Assembly (NCBI GenBank): GCA_963813335.1
Contig: CAWEYL010000003.1
Coordinates: 574,372-638,371 of the forward strand
From: an uncultured Chloroflexia bacterium
GTDB taxonomy: Bacteria; Chloroflexota; Limnocylindria; Limnocylindrales; CSP1-4
DNA length: 64,000 nucleotides
Direction: 5' to 3'
The notes under the pieces are model-generated. The model saw only the letters and a program-made list of their open reading frames with translations, searched no databases and was not told the DNA's origin. Within the stretch, counting starts at the first letter, position 1. Every line of letters starts with the position of its first letter. A program made the position numbers and the translations under genes. Positions 28,582-39,013 of this stretch are shown here, piece after piece.

Positions 28582-29267
28582 GGCCGGGCCGCCCGATAAC
28601 CCACCCCTCTGGCCGTCTCGATGTATTGCGCGCCGTCGGGCCGTGCACCGAGTTTGTGGCGAAGGTTCTTCACGTGGCTGTCGATCGTGCGGTCGTACGC
28701 ATCGAACTCGTGGCCGAACATCGCGCTCGCGAGCTGGTCTCGCGACAGCACGACGCCCGGTCGGTCGGTCAACGCGACGAGCAGGTCGAATTCGATCCGC
28801 GTGAGGGCGAGCGCTGTCCCGCCTCGGTCGACTTGGCGGGCACCGAGGTCGATGTCGAGGTCGAAGAACCGCGATGTGCGATCCGTCGTGTGTCCACCGT
28901 CGGCTGCTGTGCGTCGGAGGACGGCGCCGACCCGCGCGACGAGTTCTCGGGGCTCGAACGGCTTGGTCACATAGTCGTCGGCGCCGATCTCAAGTGCCGC
29001 GACGCGGTCGATGACATCGTCGCGAGCGGTGAGCATGATCACCGCTCCTCGGAAGTCGCTCGCCCGAAGATCCCGCAGCACCTCGAACCCGGATCGCTTC
29101 GGGAGCATCACGTCGAGCACGATCAGGTCGGGCGATCCCGACCGAGCCCTCTCGAGCGCACTTTCGCCGTCCGTCGCCGACGAGACGTTGTGGCCTTCAC
29201 GAACGAGGTATGCACGCACGACATCGAGGATGTGCGCTTCGTCGTCGACGACCAGGATGCGGGCCAT
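28578..29267 (-). CDS. OmpR family response regulator
   Basis: VVDDE, LDVMLP, GADDYVTKPF, RTIDSHVKNLR, TARGVGY. Confidence 0.95.
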   Translation of the reverse strand: MARILVVDDEAHILDVVRAYLVREGHNVSSATDGESALERARSGSPDLIVLDVMLPKRSGFEVLRDLRASDFRGAVIMLTARDDVIDRVAALEIGADDYVTKPFEPRELVARVGAVLRRTAADGGHTTDRTSRFFDLDIDLGARQVDRGGTALALTRIEFDLLVALTDRPGVVLSRDQLASAMFGHEFDAYDRTIDSHVKNLRHKLGARPDGAQYIETARGVGYRAARP

Positions 29268-29333
29268 GTGCTGAGGGTGGGTGGACGGTCGGACCCGCGA
29301 ACAGGTCCGACCGTCCCGAAAATGGCCTGTCGC

Positions 29334-29813
29334 CTACCTGCTCATGGCTCCATGCGGGCCGCTTCCGTCGCACGTGCCGGTCCCGGCCGTCCCGCGACCC
29401 ATCCCTGTCGGACCGGCACCGACCGCGACGCCGCGCATCCCGCCCGTCGTCACCTTGTCGACCATGTCCTTGGCGCGCAGTTCGACCTGCGCCTTCAGTG
29501 TCGCCGCCTCGCCGGCGGTGATCGCCCCGTTGGCGACGCGCGCCTCGATGCGCTCGGTCCATCGCGCCCGCAGAGCATCGACCAGCTTCTGCGGCTCGAC
29601 GTTCTGGCGCTCGGCGATCTGCGCCAGCGACAGTCCCTCGTGCCGCAGCGCCATCACCTCCGCCTGGGTCAGTCCCAGGATCGTCGGGACCGTGTCTCGG
29701 CTGCGGATCTGGTCGCCGGCCTGAGTCGGCTGCGGGGTCGCGGCGATCACGCCGCCCGCCAGGGCGATGACGACAAGGGCTGCGCCCCCGAACGAGATGA
29801 CGATCTTCCTCAT
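29334..29813 (-). CDS. Exported helical hypothetical protein
   Basis: Signal peptide; LGLT..E....GLSLAQIAE and GAIT..EA repeats; GGAGG RBS. Confidence 0.7.
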   Translation of the reverse strand: MRKIVISFGGAALVVIALAGGVIAATPQPTQAGDQIRSRDTVPTILGLTQAEVMALRHEGLSLAQIAERQNVEPQKLVDALRARWTERIEARVANGAITAGEAATLKAQVELRAKDMVDKVTTGGMRGVAVGAGPTGMGRGTAGTGTCDGSGPHGAMSR

Positions 29814-30006
29814 CTGGTGCCTCCTGGGATGGTTCGATCCTTCACGGATCTGGCCCACTCACGAGCCGAGCGGGTGGATGCAGCGAGCATCGCGGCCCTG
29901 GGTGAAGGCACGATGGAGGCTGCGTGCCGATTCGAAGGAGAATGCCGCTCAGGACGAATGGATGCGGTATCCATCCGGGTGCGAGTCTCGCCGGTCAGTG
30001 CCGGGG

Positions 30007-30928
30007 TTACGCGCCTTCGATCCCGGGCGATGCGGCGTCCACCGCGGCGGCGTCCGGCATCCCCTCGCGGGCGCCGGCCCGTGTGACCGCAAGGCTGGCG
30101 GCGATGACGGCCCGCTGCGCGGCGGCGGCCAGGTCCAGGCCCGCGGCGAGCCCGGCGGCCAGCGCCCCGTTCAGCGCGTCGCCCGCGCCCACGGCATCGA
30201 CCGCGTCGACTCGCGGGGCCTTGATGACCGTGGACCGCCGACCGACGTACCAGGAGCGCGCCGTCCGACCCGAGGCTCACCAGCGCGGCCCGCTTCGCGC
30301 CGGTGCCGAGGAGGTTCTTCGCCACCGCTGCGGGCTTGCCCGGTCCGGCGAGCGTCTCCAGTTCGCCGCGGTTCGGGGTGAGGATATCGGCGAGGTCGAG
30401 CGTGGACCTGCCCAGGCCGGCGGCGGGCGCCGGGTTCAGGATCGTGGTCGAGCCAGCGAGCCGCCCGAGACGGAGCGCCTCATGGGTGGCCCCGGTCCGG
30501 ATCTCGTGTCCGACCAGGACGACGTCGTGCGGCCCGAGCGCCAGCTTCTTGAGCGCCTCGCGGACCTGGACCGAGTCGAGCGCCGAGTTCGCGCCACCCG
30601 CCACCGCGATGCTGTTCTCGCCACCCTGGTCGACGAGGATCAGGGCGACACCGGTCGGCTCGTCGAGCGTGAACAGACCCGCCAGGTCGATGCCTTCGGC
30701 CTCCAGCGCCTCGCGCGCGTCGAATCCGAACGCGTCGCGACCGACCGCGCCGATGAACGAGACGTCGGCGCCCAGCCGCGCGGCGGCGACCGCCGCGTTG
30801 GCGCCCTTGCCGCCGTGGTGGCGCTCGTAGCGGCCGCCGATGACGGTCTCGCCGGGCCCCGGCAGGCGTTCGACCGTGACGACCAGGTCGATGTTGACCG
30901 ATCCGACGACGACCACCCGGCCGGCCAT
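30007..30928 (-). CDS. rbsK: Ribokinase (apparent frameshift ~30245)
   Basis: GSVNIDL, GGKGANAA, LNPAPA, NRGE, DAVGAGDA. Confidence 0.85.
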
Positions 30929-30935
30929 GGCCGCG

Positions 30936-31757
30936 TTACGACCCCGTGATGTATTCGCCGCCGTCGACGCCGATGACCTCGCCGTTGATGAAGTCCGTGC
31001 CCTCGCCCGACAGCGCGACGATGGTGTTCGCGACGTCCTGCGGCGTGGTCATCCGGCCGGTCGGGTTCCGTTTGGTGGCCGCTTCGATGATCATGTCGTG
31101 CTCGGGGATCTTCATCAGGGCCGGGGTCATCGTCACGCCCGCGCGGATCGTGTTGGCGGTCACCCCGGAATCGAGCCGGGCGAACTCCATCGCCAGCTGG
31201 CGGATGTGCGATTCGAGCGCCGCCTTCGCGGACGACACGACGCCGTACGACGGCACGACCCGGGTCGAGCCCTCCGAGGTCATCGCGTAGAACTTGGAGC
31301 CGTGCTCCAGGAACCCGCCGCGCCACAGGTCCTGTGCCCAGTAGACGAGGCTGTTGGCCATCACGTCCTGGGTCATCTCCATCTTCTTGCGGTCGACGGC
31401 GCCTTTGGGGTCCTCGGCCAGGAACGGGACGAGCGAGCCGAAGGCGAGCGAGTGCATGACGACGCGCACGTACGGGTGCTTTCCCGCGGCCGTCGAGCGG
31501 TCGAACCGCTCGCGCAGCGTGGCCAGCGCCGCGGTCCGCTTTTCGTCGTCAGCCGCGTTCATGTTGATGTACAGCGCTTCCTGGCCGGTCGCGGAGATGG
31601 CCGCCTTGACCTCGTCGACGTGCGCGATCGCGGCGCGGAAGTCGAGGTGGATCCCGCAGATGTTGTAGCCGGCCTTCGCGAGCGCGATCGAGGTCGCCTC
31701 GCCCATCCCGGACGACGCGCCGAGGATCAAGGCCCAGCGCTCGCGGTCGTCGGTCAT
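30936..31757 (-). CDS. SDR oxidoreductase, FabL-like enoyl/oxoacyl-ACP reductase
   Basis: LGASSGMG, YGVVSSAK, TPALMKIP. Confidence 0.85.
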   Translation of the reverse strand: MTDDRERWALILGASSGMGEATSIALAKAGYNICGIHLDFRAAIAHVDEVKAAISATGQEALYINMNAADDEKRTAALATLRERFDRSTAAGKHPYVRVVMHSLAFGSLVPFLAEDPKGAVDRKKMEMTQDVMANSLVYWAQDLWRGGFLEHGSKFYAMTSEGSTRVVPSYGVVSSAKAALESHIRQLAMEFARLDSGVTANTIRAGVTMTPALMKIPEHDMIIEAATKRNPTGRMTTPQDVANTIVALSGEGTDFINGEVIGVDGGEYITGS

Positions 31758-31868
31758 CGTGTGGAGCCTCCAGCAACGGGACGGCGTCGGGATCGCCTCG
31801 GCGTCGGTGCCGAGTCTAGCAGCGGGCCACCGCGCGACGACGTTGACGAGGGCCTCGGCCGAGGCGTA

Positions 31869-31887
31869 ATTTGGCGTCGTCCGAAAT
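31869..31887. promoter_or_regulatory. ArsR/SdpR operator candidate
   Basis: Imperfect palindrome ATTTGG...CCGAAAT directly upstream of the sdpR RBS. Confidence 0.4.
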
Positions 31888-31901
31888 ACGGAGGCGCCGA
31901 G

Positions 31902-32177
31902 ATCAACCGCATCTACAAGGCCCTGGCCGACCCGACCCGTCGACGCGTGCTGGCGATGCTCCGCGAGCGCGATATGACCGCGGGCGAGCTGGCGGCCGAA
32001 TTCGACCTCTCGTGGCCCACGATGTCCGGCCACTTCGCGGTCCTGCGCGACGCCGATCTCGTCGTCGCCGACCGAACCGGGACCAGCATCACCTACCGCC
32101 TCAACCTGTCGGTCCTCGAAGAGGCGCTCGCCGCCCTGATGGACACGTTCAAGCTCCAGCCGAAGGAGTCGCGATGA
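31902..32177 (+). CDS. sdpR: ArsR family autorepressor SdpR-like (apparent ATC start)
   Basis: YKALADPTRRRVL, MTAGEL, TMSGHF, YRLNLSVLEE; GGAGG 7 nt before ATC. Confidence 0.85.
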   Translation: MNRIYKALADPTRRRVLAMLRERDMTAGELAAEFDLSWPTMSGHFAVLRDADLVVADRTGTSITYRLNLSVLEEALAALMDTFKLQPKESR

Positions 32178-32842
32178 ACATCCGGCCCATGCTCATCTAC
32201 AGCGCGGTCGTGGTCGGGCTGATGCTCGGCCTGTCGGCGTGGGCGTGGACCCAGCTGCCCGCCGATGCCTCGATCCCGATCCACTGGGGCATCGACGGCC
32301 AGGCCAACGGCTTCGCCCCCAAGCCGATCGGGCTGCTGCTCCTCCCGTCGATCACGACCGCGATCGTCGCGCTGTTCGCGGTCATCCCCAGGATCGAGCC
32401 GCGACGCGCGAACCTCGAGCGCTCGAGCACCGCCTACCGCGCCACCTGGATCGGCCTCGTGACGCTGATGGGCGTGATCCACGCGGCCACCATCGCCGCC
32501 GCGCTCGGGGCGACCTTCGACATCACCCGCTTCGTGCTGGTCGCCGTCGGGGCGCTGTTCATCGTGATCGGCAACTACCTGCCGAAGGTCCAGTCGAACT
32601 ACCTCGTGGGCATCCGCACCCCGTGGACGCTCACGAGCGACCTGTCGTGGCAGCGGACCCATCGGCTCGGCGGCCGGCTGTTCGTGATCGAGGGCGCGGC
32701 CTTCGCCGTCCTCGGCCTCATCGGCGCGTCGCCGCAGTGGCTCGTGGCCGCGATCATCGGTGGCGTCGCGGTCCTGCTCGTGGTCCTGTTCGCCTACTCG
32801 TATCGGGTGTGGAAGCTCGATCCCGCGAAGCGCGTGTCATGA
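32174..32842 (+). CDS. sdpI: SdpI family immunity membrane protein
   Basis: IPIHWGIDGQANG, GNYLPK..NYLVGIRTPWTL..WQRTHRLGG. Confidence 0.88.
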   Translation: MNIRPMLIYSAVVVGLMLGLSAWAWTQLPADASIPIHWGIDGQANGFAPKPIGLLLLPSITTAIVALFAVIPRIEPRRANLERSSTAYRATWIGLVTLMGVIHAATIAAALGATFDITRFVLVAVGALFIVIGNYLPKVQSNYLVGIRTPWTLTSDLSWQRTHRLGGRLFVIEGAAFAVLGLIGASPQWLVAAIIGGVAVLLVVLFAYSYRVWKLDPAKRVS

Positions 32843-33039
32843 GCGATCCCACGCTGCTCCTGCTGCTGCTGCCCGTCATCGCGATCGAGCTGGTCCTCCT
32901 CCTGGTCGCGTTGCGCGACCTGCTCCGACCCGAGCGCAAGGTGAAGGGCGGCAGCAAGCTCGCCTGGGGGCTCATCATCTGCTTCGTGAGCCTCATCGGC
33001 CCGGTCCTGTACCTGCTCGCCGGGCGCGAGGACCGGTGA
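32839..33039 (+). CDS. PLDc_N-like small membrane protein
   Basis: ALRDL...KLAW..IGPVLYLLAGR. Confidence 0.8.
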   Translation: MSDPTLLLLLLPVIAIELVLLLVALRDLLRPERKVKGGSKLAWGLIICFVSLIGPVLYLLAGREDR

Positions 33040-33986
33040 GCGGCGCGGCGGTCCGCTGCCAAGGGCTGAGCAAGCGGTTCGGCGGGGCGAGCGGCGTGCT
33101 CGCCGTCGACGCCCTGGACCTGGACGTGCCAGCGGGTTCGGTCTTCGGCCTGCTCGGGCCTAACGGCGCGGGCAAGACCACGACGCTCCGGCTCATCACC
33201 GGCCTCGCGACCCCGACCGCCGGCGAGGCCTCGATCGACGGCACGCGAGTCGATCCGCGCGACCCCGGGGCGCGGCGGGCGATCGGGGTCCTCGACCAGG
33301 ACCCGCGCTACTACGGCTGGATGACCGGCCGGGAGCTCGTCGCCCTGGCCGGCCGGCTGCAAGGCCTCGCGGCAGGTGACGCCCGGACGCGGGCCACGGC
33401 CGCACTCGAACGGGTCGGGCTGGCCGAGGCCGCCGACCGGCGCATCAGCGGCTATTCGGGCGGGATGCGCCAGCGGCTGGGGATCGCCCAGGCGCTCGTC
33501 TCCGAGCCGAGCCTGCTGATCCTCGACGAGCCGGTCAGCTCGCTCGACCCGGAGGGCCGGCGCGACCTCCTGGCGCTGATCGCCGAGCTGCGCCAGCGGG
33601 CCACCATCATCTTCTCGACCCACGTCCTCGCCGACGTGGAGCGGATCTGCGACCGGGTGGGCATCCTCGACCACGGCCGGATGGTCACCGAGGGGCCGCT
33701 CGACGAGCTGCTGGGCCGCTACGCACAGCCGCTGTACCGGCTGGACCCGGAGCCGGGGCAGGCCGCGCTCGTGGCCGCGCTGGCGACCCGTCTCGCCGAG
33801 ATCCCCTGGATCGACCGGGTGACCGAGACCGAGAGCGGCCTGGTCGTCTCGGTCTCCGACGAAGGCCGTGCCTCGGCCGGGCTCCTGCCGGTCGTGGTCG
33901 ACGTGGGCGTCCGGCTGGCCGCCTTCGAACGCGTCCGGCCATCGCTGGAGGACGTCTTCCTGCGCCTCGTCGGGCGGGCCGGCTGA
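33036..33986 (+). CDS. ABC exporter ATP-binding protein
   Basis: GPNGAGKT, YSGGMRQR, LILDEP. Confidence 0.95.
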   Translation: MSGAAVRCQGLSKRFGGASGVLAVDALDLDVPAGSVFGLLGPNGAGKTTTLRLITGLATPTAGEASIDGTRVDPRDPGARRAIGVLDQDPRYYGWMTGRELVALAGRLQGLAAGDARTRATAALERVGLAEAADRRISGYSGGMRQRLGIAQALVSEPSLLILDEPVSSLDPEGRRDLLALIAELRQRATIIFSTHVLADVERICDRVGILDHGRMVTEGPLDELLGRYAQPLYRLDPEPGQAALVAALATRLAEIPWIDRVTETESGLVVSVSDEGRASAGLLPVVVDVGVRLAAFERVRPSLEDVFLRLVGRAG

Positions 33987-34756
33987 TGGCAGGGCTCGCG
34001 GTCCTCCTGCGCAAGGAGCTGCTCGAATCGTGGCGGACCTACCGGCTCCCGGTCGTCGCCGGCCTCTTCCTGTTCGTCGGCCTAAGCTCGCCGCTCCTCG
34101 CCCGTTACCTGCCGGAGATCCTCAAGGCGGCCGGCGGCGACCAGATCGGCATCCTGCAGCTGCCCACCCCGACCGCGGCGGACGCGGTCGACCAGCTCTG
34201 GAAGAACCTGGCCCAGTTCGGGGCGTTCGCCGCGATCATCCTCGCGATGGGCGCGGTCGCGGGGGAGAAGGACCGCGGCACCGCCGCGTTCGTGCTGTCC
34301 AAGACCGCGTCCCGCGGCGGATTCCTGGGCGCGAAGGTCATCGCGATCGGGGCTGTGCTTGGCGTCTGCACCGCTCTGGCCGTCGCGGTCGGGTGGGTCT
34401 ACACCGCGGTCCTGTTCGCCCCGCCGTCCGTCGCCGGCTGGATCGCGATGGGGGTCCTGGCCTGGATCGGGCTCGGGGCCTGGGCGGCGATCACGTTCCT
34501 CGGCAGCACCCTGACCGGCTCGACCGCGGCGGCCGCGGGGATCGGGTTCATGGCCCTGCTCCTGCTCTCGATCGTGTCGGCCGTCCCGAGCGTGGGGCCG
34601 TACACGCCGGGCGGGCTCGCGGCACCCGCGCTCGCGCTCGCCGCAGGCACGCCGGTCGCGCTGGGCGACGTGCTGATCCCGGCGGTCTCGACCGCCGTCC
34701 TGATCGCGCTCGTGCTGGGGGTCGCCGCCTGGTCCTTCCGCCGCCAGGAGCTCTAG
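33986..34756 (+). CDS. ABC-2 type permease
   Basis: LLRKELLE, GEKDRGT, FRRQEL; 6 TM segments. Confidence 0.9.
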   Translation: MAGLAVLLRKELLESWRTYRLPVVAGLFLFVGLSSPLLARYLPEILKAAGGDQIGILQLPTPTAADAVDQLWKNLAQFGAFAAIILAMGAVAGEKDRGTAAFVLSKTASRGGFLGAKVIAIGAVLGVCTALAVAVGWVYTAVLFAPPSVAGWIAMGVLAWIGLGAWAAITFLGSTLTGSTAAAAGIGFMALLLLSIVSAVPSVGPYTPGGLAAPALALAAGTPVALGDVLIPAVSTAVLIALVLGVAAWSFRRQEL

Positions 34757-34763
34757 CGCGGGC

Positions 34764-36036
34764 TCAGACCACCCCGTCGCGGCGCAGGGCGGCGATCTGC
34801 GCCGGCGTCCGTGCCCAGCGGCCGCGCAGGACCTCGTCGGTGTCCTGCCCGAGCAGCGGCGGCGGCGTCCGGATGCTCGCGGGCGTGCGCGCGAGCCGGA
34901 ACGGCACGCCGACCTGGCGGATGACGCCCCACGCCGGGTGCTCCTGCTCGACGGTCATCCCCAGCGCGACGGCCTCGGGCGAGGCGAAGGCCTCCACGAT
35001 GCCCTGGATCGGCCCGCACGGGATCCCGCCGAGCTCGAGTGCGGCCAGCCAGGTCGCGCGATCGCGCTCGAGGAACCGCGCGGCGAGGAGCGGGCGCAAC
35101 TCGGCTCGATGCTCGACCCGCTGGCCGTTGGTCGCGAAGCGCGGGTCCGCCGCCACCTCGGGCAGCTCGAGGGCGACGAAGAACTTCCGCCACTGGCGTT
35201 CGGAGCCGACGGCCGACCGCGATCGGGCCGTCGGCCGTGTCGAAGGTCTCGTACGGGACGATGTTGGGGTGCGCGTTCCCGAGGCGGCCCGGGGCGACGC
35301 CGGTGACGAACGCGTTCTGGGCCTGGTTGACGAGGCTGGCGAGGGTGGCTCCGAGCAGCGAGATGTCGATCCGCTGGCCGCCGGCCGGGACGGCATCGCC
35401 CGCGACCTCGGAGGCGCCGCCGGCCGCGGTCCCGGCCCGCGCCAGCAGCGCCGCCAGCACGCTCACCGCGCCGAGCATCCCGGTCGCGACGTCGGTGATC
35501 GCGACGCCCACCTTCGTCGGGCCGCCACCCTCCGCGTCCGGCGCCCCGGTGATGCTCATGAGCCCGCTCGTCGCCTGGATGACGAAGTCGTAGCCGGGCC
35601 GGTCCGCGGCCGGGCCGGACGTCCCGTAGCCGGTGATCGCGAGGTGGACGAGCCGCGGGTTCAGCGCCTCGAGGTCCGCGTCATCGAAGCCGAGCCGGGC
35701 GAGGCCGCCGGGCCGGAAGTTCTCGACGAGGACGTCGGCGTCGGCGAGCAGGTCGCGCAGGATCGCCGCGCCCTCGGGGTGGCGAAGGTCGACCCGGATG
35801 CTGCGCTTGTTGCGGTTGACCGCGAGGTAGTAGGCGGCGGTCCGGGTCCCGTCCCGCTCGCTGCCCACCCACGGCGGCCCCCAGCCACGGGTCGCGTCGC
35901 CCTCCGGCGGCTCCACCTTGATCACGTCCGCCCCGAGGTCGCCCAGGAGCATCGTGCAGTACGGGCCGGCGAGGACCGTCGAGCAGTCGATGACGCGCAG
36001 GCCGGCGAGCGGACCGGGGGCCGCGGGAGCGGGCAT
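34764..36036 (-). CDS. CaiB/BaiF family III CoA transferase (apparent frameshift ~35213)
   Basis: LAGPYC..LGDLGADVIKVE, NRNKRS, ENFRPG, PGYD. Confidence 0.88.
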
Positions 36037-36186
36037 GGGGCCGATGGTAGTGGGCGCGGCAGTCGCCTGGCGACCGCCTGGGACCGGTCGCCCGGTGGCC
36101 ATCGCCGCGCCGCGGTAGCATCGCCCGATGATCGACACCGCAACGACCCACGCACCCGACGACCTGGCCCCCATCGGCCCACCCTC

Positions 36187-37086
36187 ATGACCGTCCACGC
36201 CCACCCCGACGACGAGATCATCGGAACGGGCGGCGCGATGGTCAGAGCCGTGCAGGCCGGCCAGCGGGTGGTGCTGGTCACCGCGACCCGCGGCGAGCAG
36301 GGCGAGATCGTGGTGCCCGAGATGGACACCCCCGACAACCACCGGCGGCTCGGCGAGCTCCGCGCCGTCGAGCTCGAGCGCGCGATGGGCGTCCTCGGTG
36401 TCACCGAGTGGGAGAACCTCGGCTACCGCGACTCGGACATGATGGGCCGGCCGGGGAACCTCGACCCGCGGACCTTCTGGCAGGCCGACCTCGACGAGGC
36501 GGCCGGGCGCCTGACCTGGCTCGTCCGCCGCTACCAGCCGGACGTGATCACGACCTACAACGAGTTCGGCGGCTACGGCCACCCCGATCACATCCGGGTC
36601 CACGACGTGTCCATCCGCGCGTTCGAGCGCGCCGGCGACGCGGCCTGGTACCCGGAGCAGCTGGCCGAGGGCGGCGTCACCGTCTGGTCGCCCTCCAAGT
36701 TGTACGAGCAGGCGATCCCGGCCTCGGTCCGCACGAGGATGTCGGAGAAGCTCAGGGAGCTCGGCCAGAAGTCGTTCTGGGAGCCACCGGAGGACGCCAC
36801 GCCCGAGCAGCTTGCGGAGTTCGAGGAATACGCCTCGAAGATGCTCGTCCCCGACGAGCGGATCACGACCTGGCTCGACATCTCGGGCGACCCGGTCGAC
36901 CGCAAGTGGGACGCCATCCACGAGCACAAGACCCAGATCAGCCCGGACAGCCCGTTCATGCTCTTCGGGCTGGACGGCTGGCGCGAGCACTGGGCCCGCG
37001 AGGCCTACATCCTGCGCGAGTCGCGCGTGGAGACCGCGCTGCCCGAGACGGACCTCTTCGCCGGGATCGTCCAGGCGCCGCTCTAG
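36187..37086 (+). CDS. PIG-L family deacetylase (Mca/MshB-like)
   Basis: HAHPDDE, TRGEQGE, YRDSDM, GGYGHPDH. Confidence 0.9.
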   Translation: MTVHAHPDDEIIGTGGAMVRAVQAGQRVVLVTATRGEQGEIVVPEMDTPDNHRRLGELRAVELERAMGVLGVTEWENLGYRDSDMMGRPGNLDPRTFWQADLDEAAGRLTWLVRRYQPDVITTYNEFGGYGHPDHIRVHDVSIRAFERAGDAAWYPEQLAEGGVTVWSPSKLYEQAIPASVRTRMSEKLRELGQKSFWEPPEDATPEQLAEFEEYASKMLVPDERITTWLDISGDPVDRKWDAIHEHKTQISPDSPFMLFGLDGWREHWAREAYILRESRVETALPETDLFAGIVQAPL

Positions 37087-37093
37087 CCGCCCG

Positions 37094-38766
37094 TCACCAC
37101 GGGAGCAGGCCCTTCGACGCGTCGTAGACCTGGCCCATCACCACGCGGCCGTCGCCGGCCGGGTCGAGCAGGTTCGGCTGCGCCTTGTCGAGGATGATGT
37201 GCGGCCGCATCCGCGCCTGGACCAGGTGCTTGCCGCGGAAGGTCAGCTCGAGGGTGATGCCCTCCATCGTCGGCTCGGACCAGGTCTGGTCGAAGACGAA
37301 GTTGCCGAGCGCGTACCAGATCGGCTTGCCCTTGTAGAGCTGGACCGCGCCGGCCCAGTGGGCGTGGTTGCCGATGACCATGTCCGCGCCCGCGTCGATG
37401 GCCGCCTCGGCCAGGCCCTTCTGGCCGGCGAAGGGGGTCGGGTCGTACTCGGTGCCCCAGTGCGGGAAGACGATGACGACATCCGCCCCGGCCTTGCGCG
37501 CAGCCGCCACGTCCGCCTTGACGGTCTTCGCGGTGAGCTTGGCGCTGCCGGCCTTGTTCGTGCCGGCGGCGTAGTAGCCGGCGATCGTGTCGTAGGCGAG
37601 CATCGCGACCGTCACGCCGTGGGTCTTGAGCAGCGCCGGCTTGCGCGCGGCCGCGAGGTCCTTGCCGGCTCCGCTCGACGCGACGCCGTACGTCTTGAGG
37701 TTCTTGATGGTCTGGAGGATGCCCGGCCCGCCGGCGTCGCCGATGTGGTTGTTGGCGAGCCCGACCCAGTCGATGCCGGCGTTCGCGAGCCCCTTGATCA
37801 GCTTGGGATCCGCGGAGAATCGCGTCCCGGACGTGTGATAGCTGAACGCGTCGGGGGCGGGGTTCTCGAAGTTGGCGATGGCCAGGTCGGCGCCCTTGAT
37901 CAGGTCGCGCATCGCCCCGGCGTCGCCGGTCCGCGACGTCCGCGGCAGATCCCACCCGAACGACGAGCAGCAGTACCGGCTGAGGATGTCCGCCGACCCG
38001 CCGTCGAACGGGAAGTCCGCTCCCTTGCCCTTGATCTTCAGGGTCTGGGCGACGCCGCGGTCGAGCATGATGTCGCCGCCGGCGAAGAGGGTCCAGGTCG
38101 CCCCGGCATCGAAGGCGCGGCCGGCCGCCGGCGCGGGCAGGCGTCGCCGTGAGCGGCCAGTCGGCGAGGTCGGTCACGCGGCCGACGCCGAACAGCGTCT
38201 TGTCGCCCCACAGCAGGGCGCGGACGCCGGGCCCGACCGCGTCGGCGCGCAGGAACGCGAGCCGCTTGCGGTTCTTGGCGAGATCCGCGGTCAGCGCCTT
38301 GGCCGTCGCCGCCTCGACCAGGCGCGAGGCGTCGGCCGGGCGCACGGCACCGAGCGACGCGAGGATCGCGTCCGCCTCCCCGGACACGAGCTCGAGCGCG
38401 TCGTAGCGGGTGCTCGTGCCGGCCAGGACGTCGGCGACCTCCTTGCGCGAGGTCGGCGGTCGCCGTGGTGCGGAACTGGGTGACCGGCACGATCGCGACC
38501 GCCGCGGGCGGGCCGGGGGTGACAGGCGGGGCGGACGGAGAAGCCGTCGGCGTCGCGGGCGTGGCGGAGCCGGACGGGCTTGGCCTCGTGGCCGGGGTCG
38601 CGCTCGCGACGGTGCTCCCGGTCGGTGTCGCGGACGGACCGCCGGCCGCCGCACCGCTCGACGGCGACGCGCTGGCGCTCCCGAAGCCGAGCTCGCCGCC
38701 GGTGATGGGCAGCGCGATGGCGATCGCGAGGAGGCCGAAGACCAGCAGGAGCGGACCGCGCTTCAC
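37094..38766 (-). CDS. CapA family (metallophosphatase-fold) exported protein (two apparent frameshifts ~38145 and ~38455)
   Basis: GGDIMLDR, NFE, LANNHIGD, HWGTEY, GNHAHW, YALGNFVFDQ. Confidence 0.82.
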
Positions 38767-38793
38767 CGCGCGGATGCTACCAGCGGACAGAAG

Positions 38794-38824
38794 GACGCCC
38801 CGTCCGGGCGGGCGGACGGGGCGT
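38794..38824 (-). terminator. Hairpin downstream of tRNA-Asp
   Basis: ACGCCCCGTCCG / CGGACGGGGCGT inverted repeat. Confidence 0.55.
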
Positions 38825-38839
38825 AGGGAGATGCGGTGA

Positions 38840-38916
38840 TGGCGGACCCGACCGGATTCGAACCGGCGATCTCCAGCGTGACAGGCTGGCATGTTGGGCC
38901 GCTACACCACGGGTCC
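38840..38916 (-). tRNA. tRNA-Asp(GTC)
   Basis: Cloverleaf GGACCCG..CGGGTCC-G-CCA, anticodon arm CCAGC-CTGTCAC-GCTGG, GGTTCGAATCC. Confidence 0.97.
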
Positions 38917-39013
38917 ATGAGCGGCGATGGCGGAGCATAGCAGGTGCATCCGGCCTTGTCGCCTCGGAGCGGGCCGCCGTCCGACGCCCGACCCTCACCT
39001 ATACTCGGCGCCC

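Noticed and set aside
33868-37086. Very long alternative-frame ORFs (e.g. 1072 aa, 745 aa; also 57989-60331)
   Set aside because: Shadow ORFs typical of high-GC DNA, Arg/Pro/Gly-rich; only sub-parts carry real motifs
8930-38460. Programmed ribosomal frameshifting at the split genes
   Set aside because: No shared slippery site seen, and the affected families are unrelated; sequencing indels are simpler
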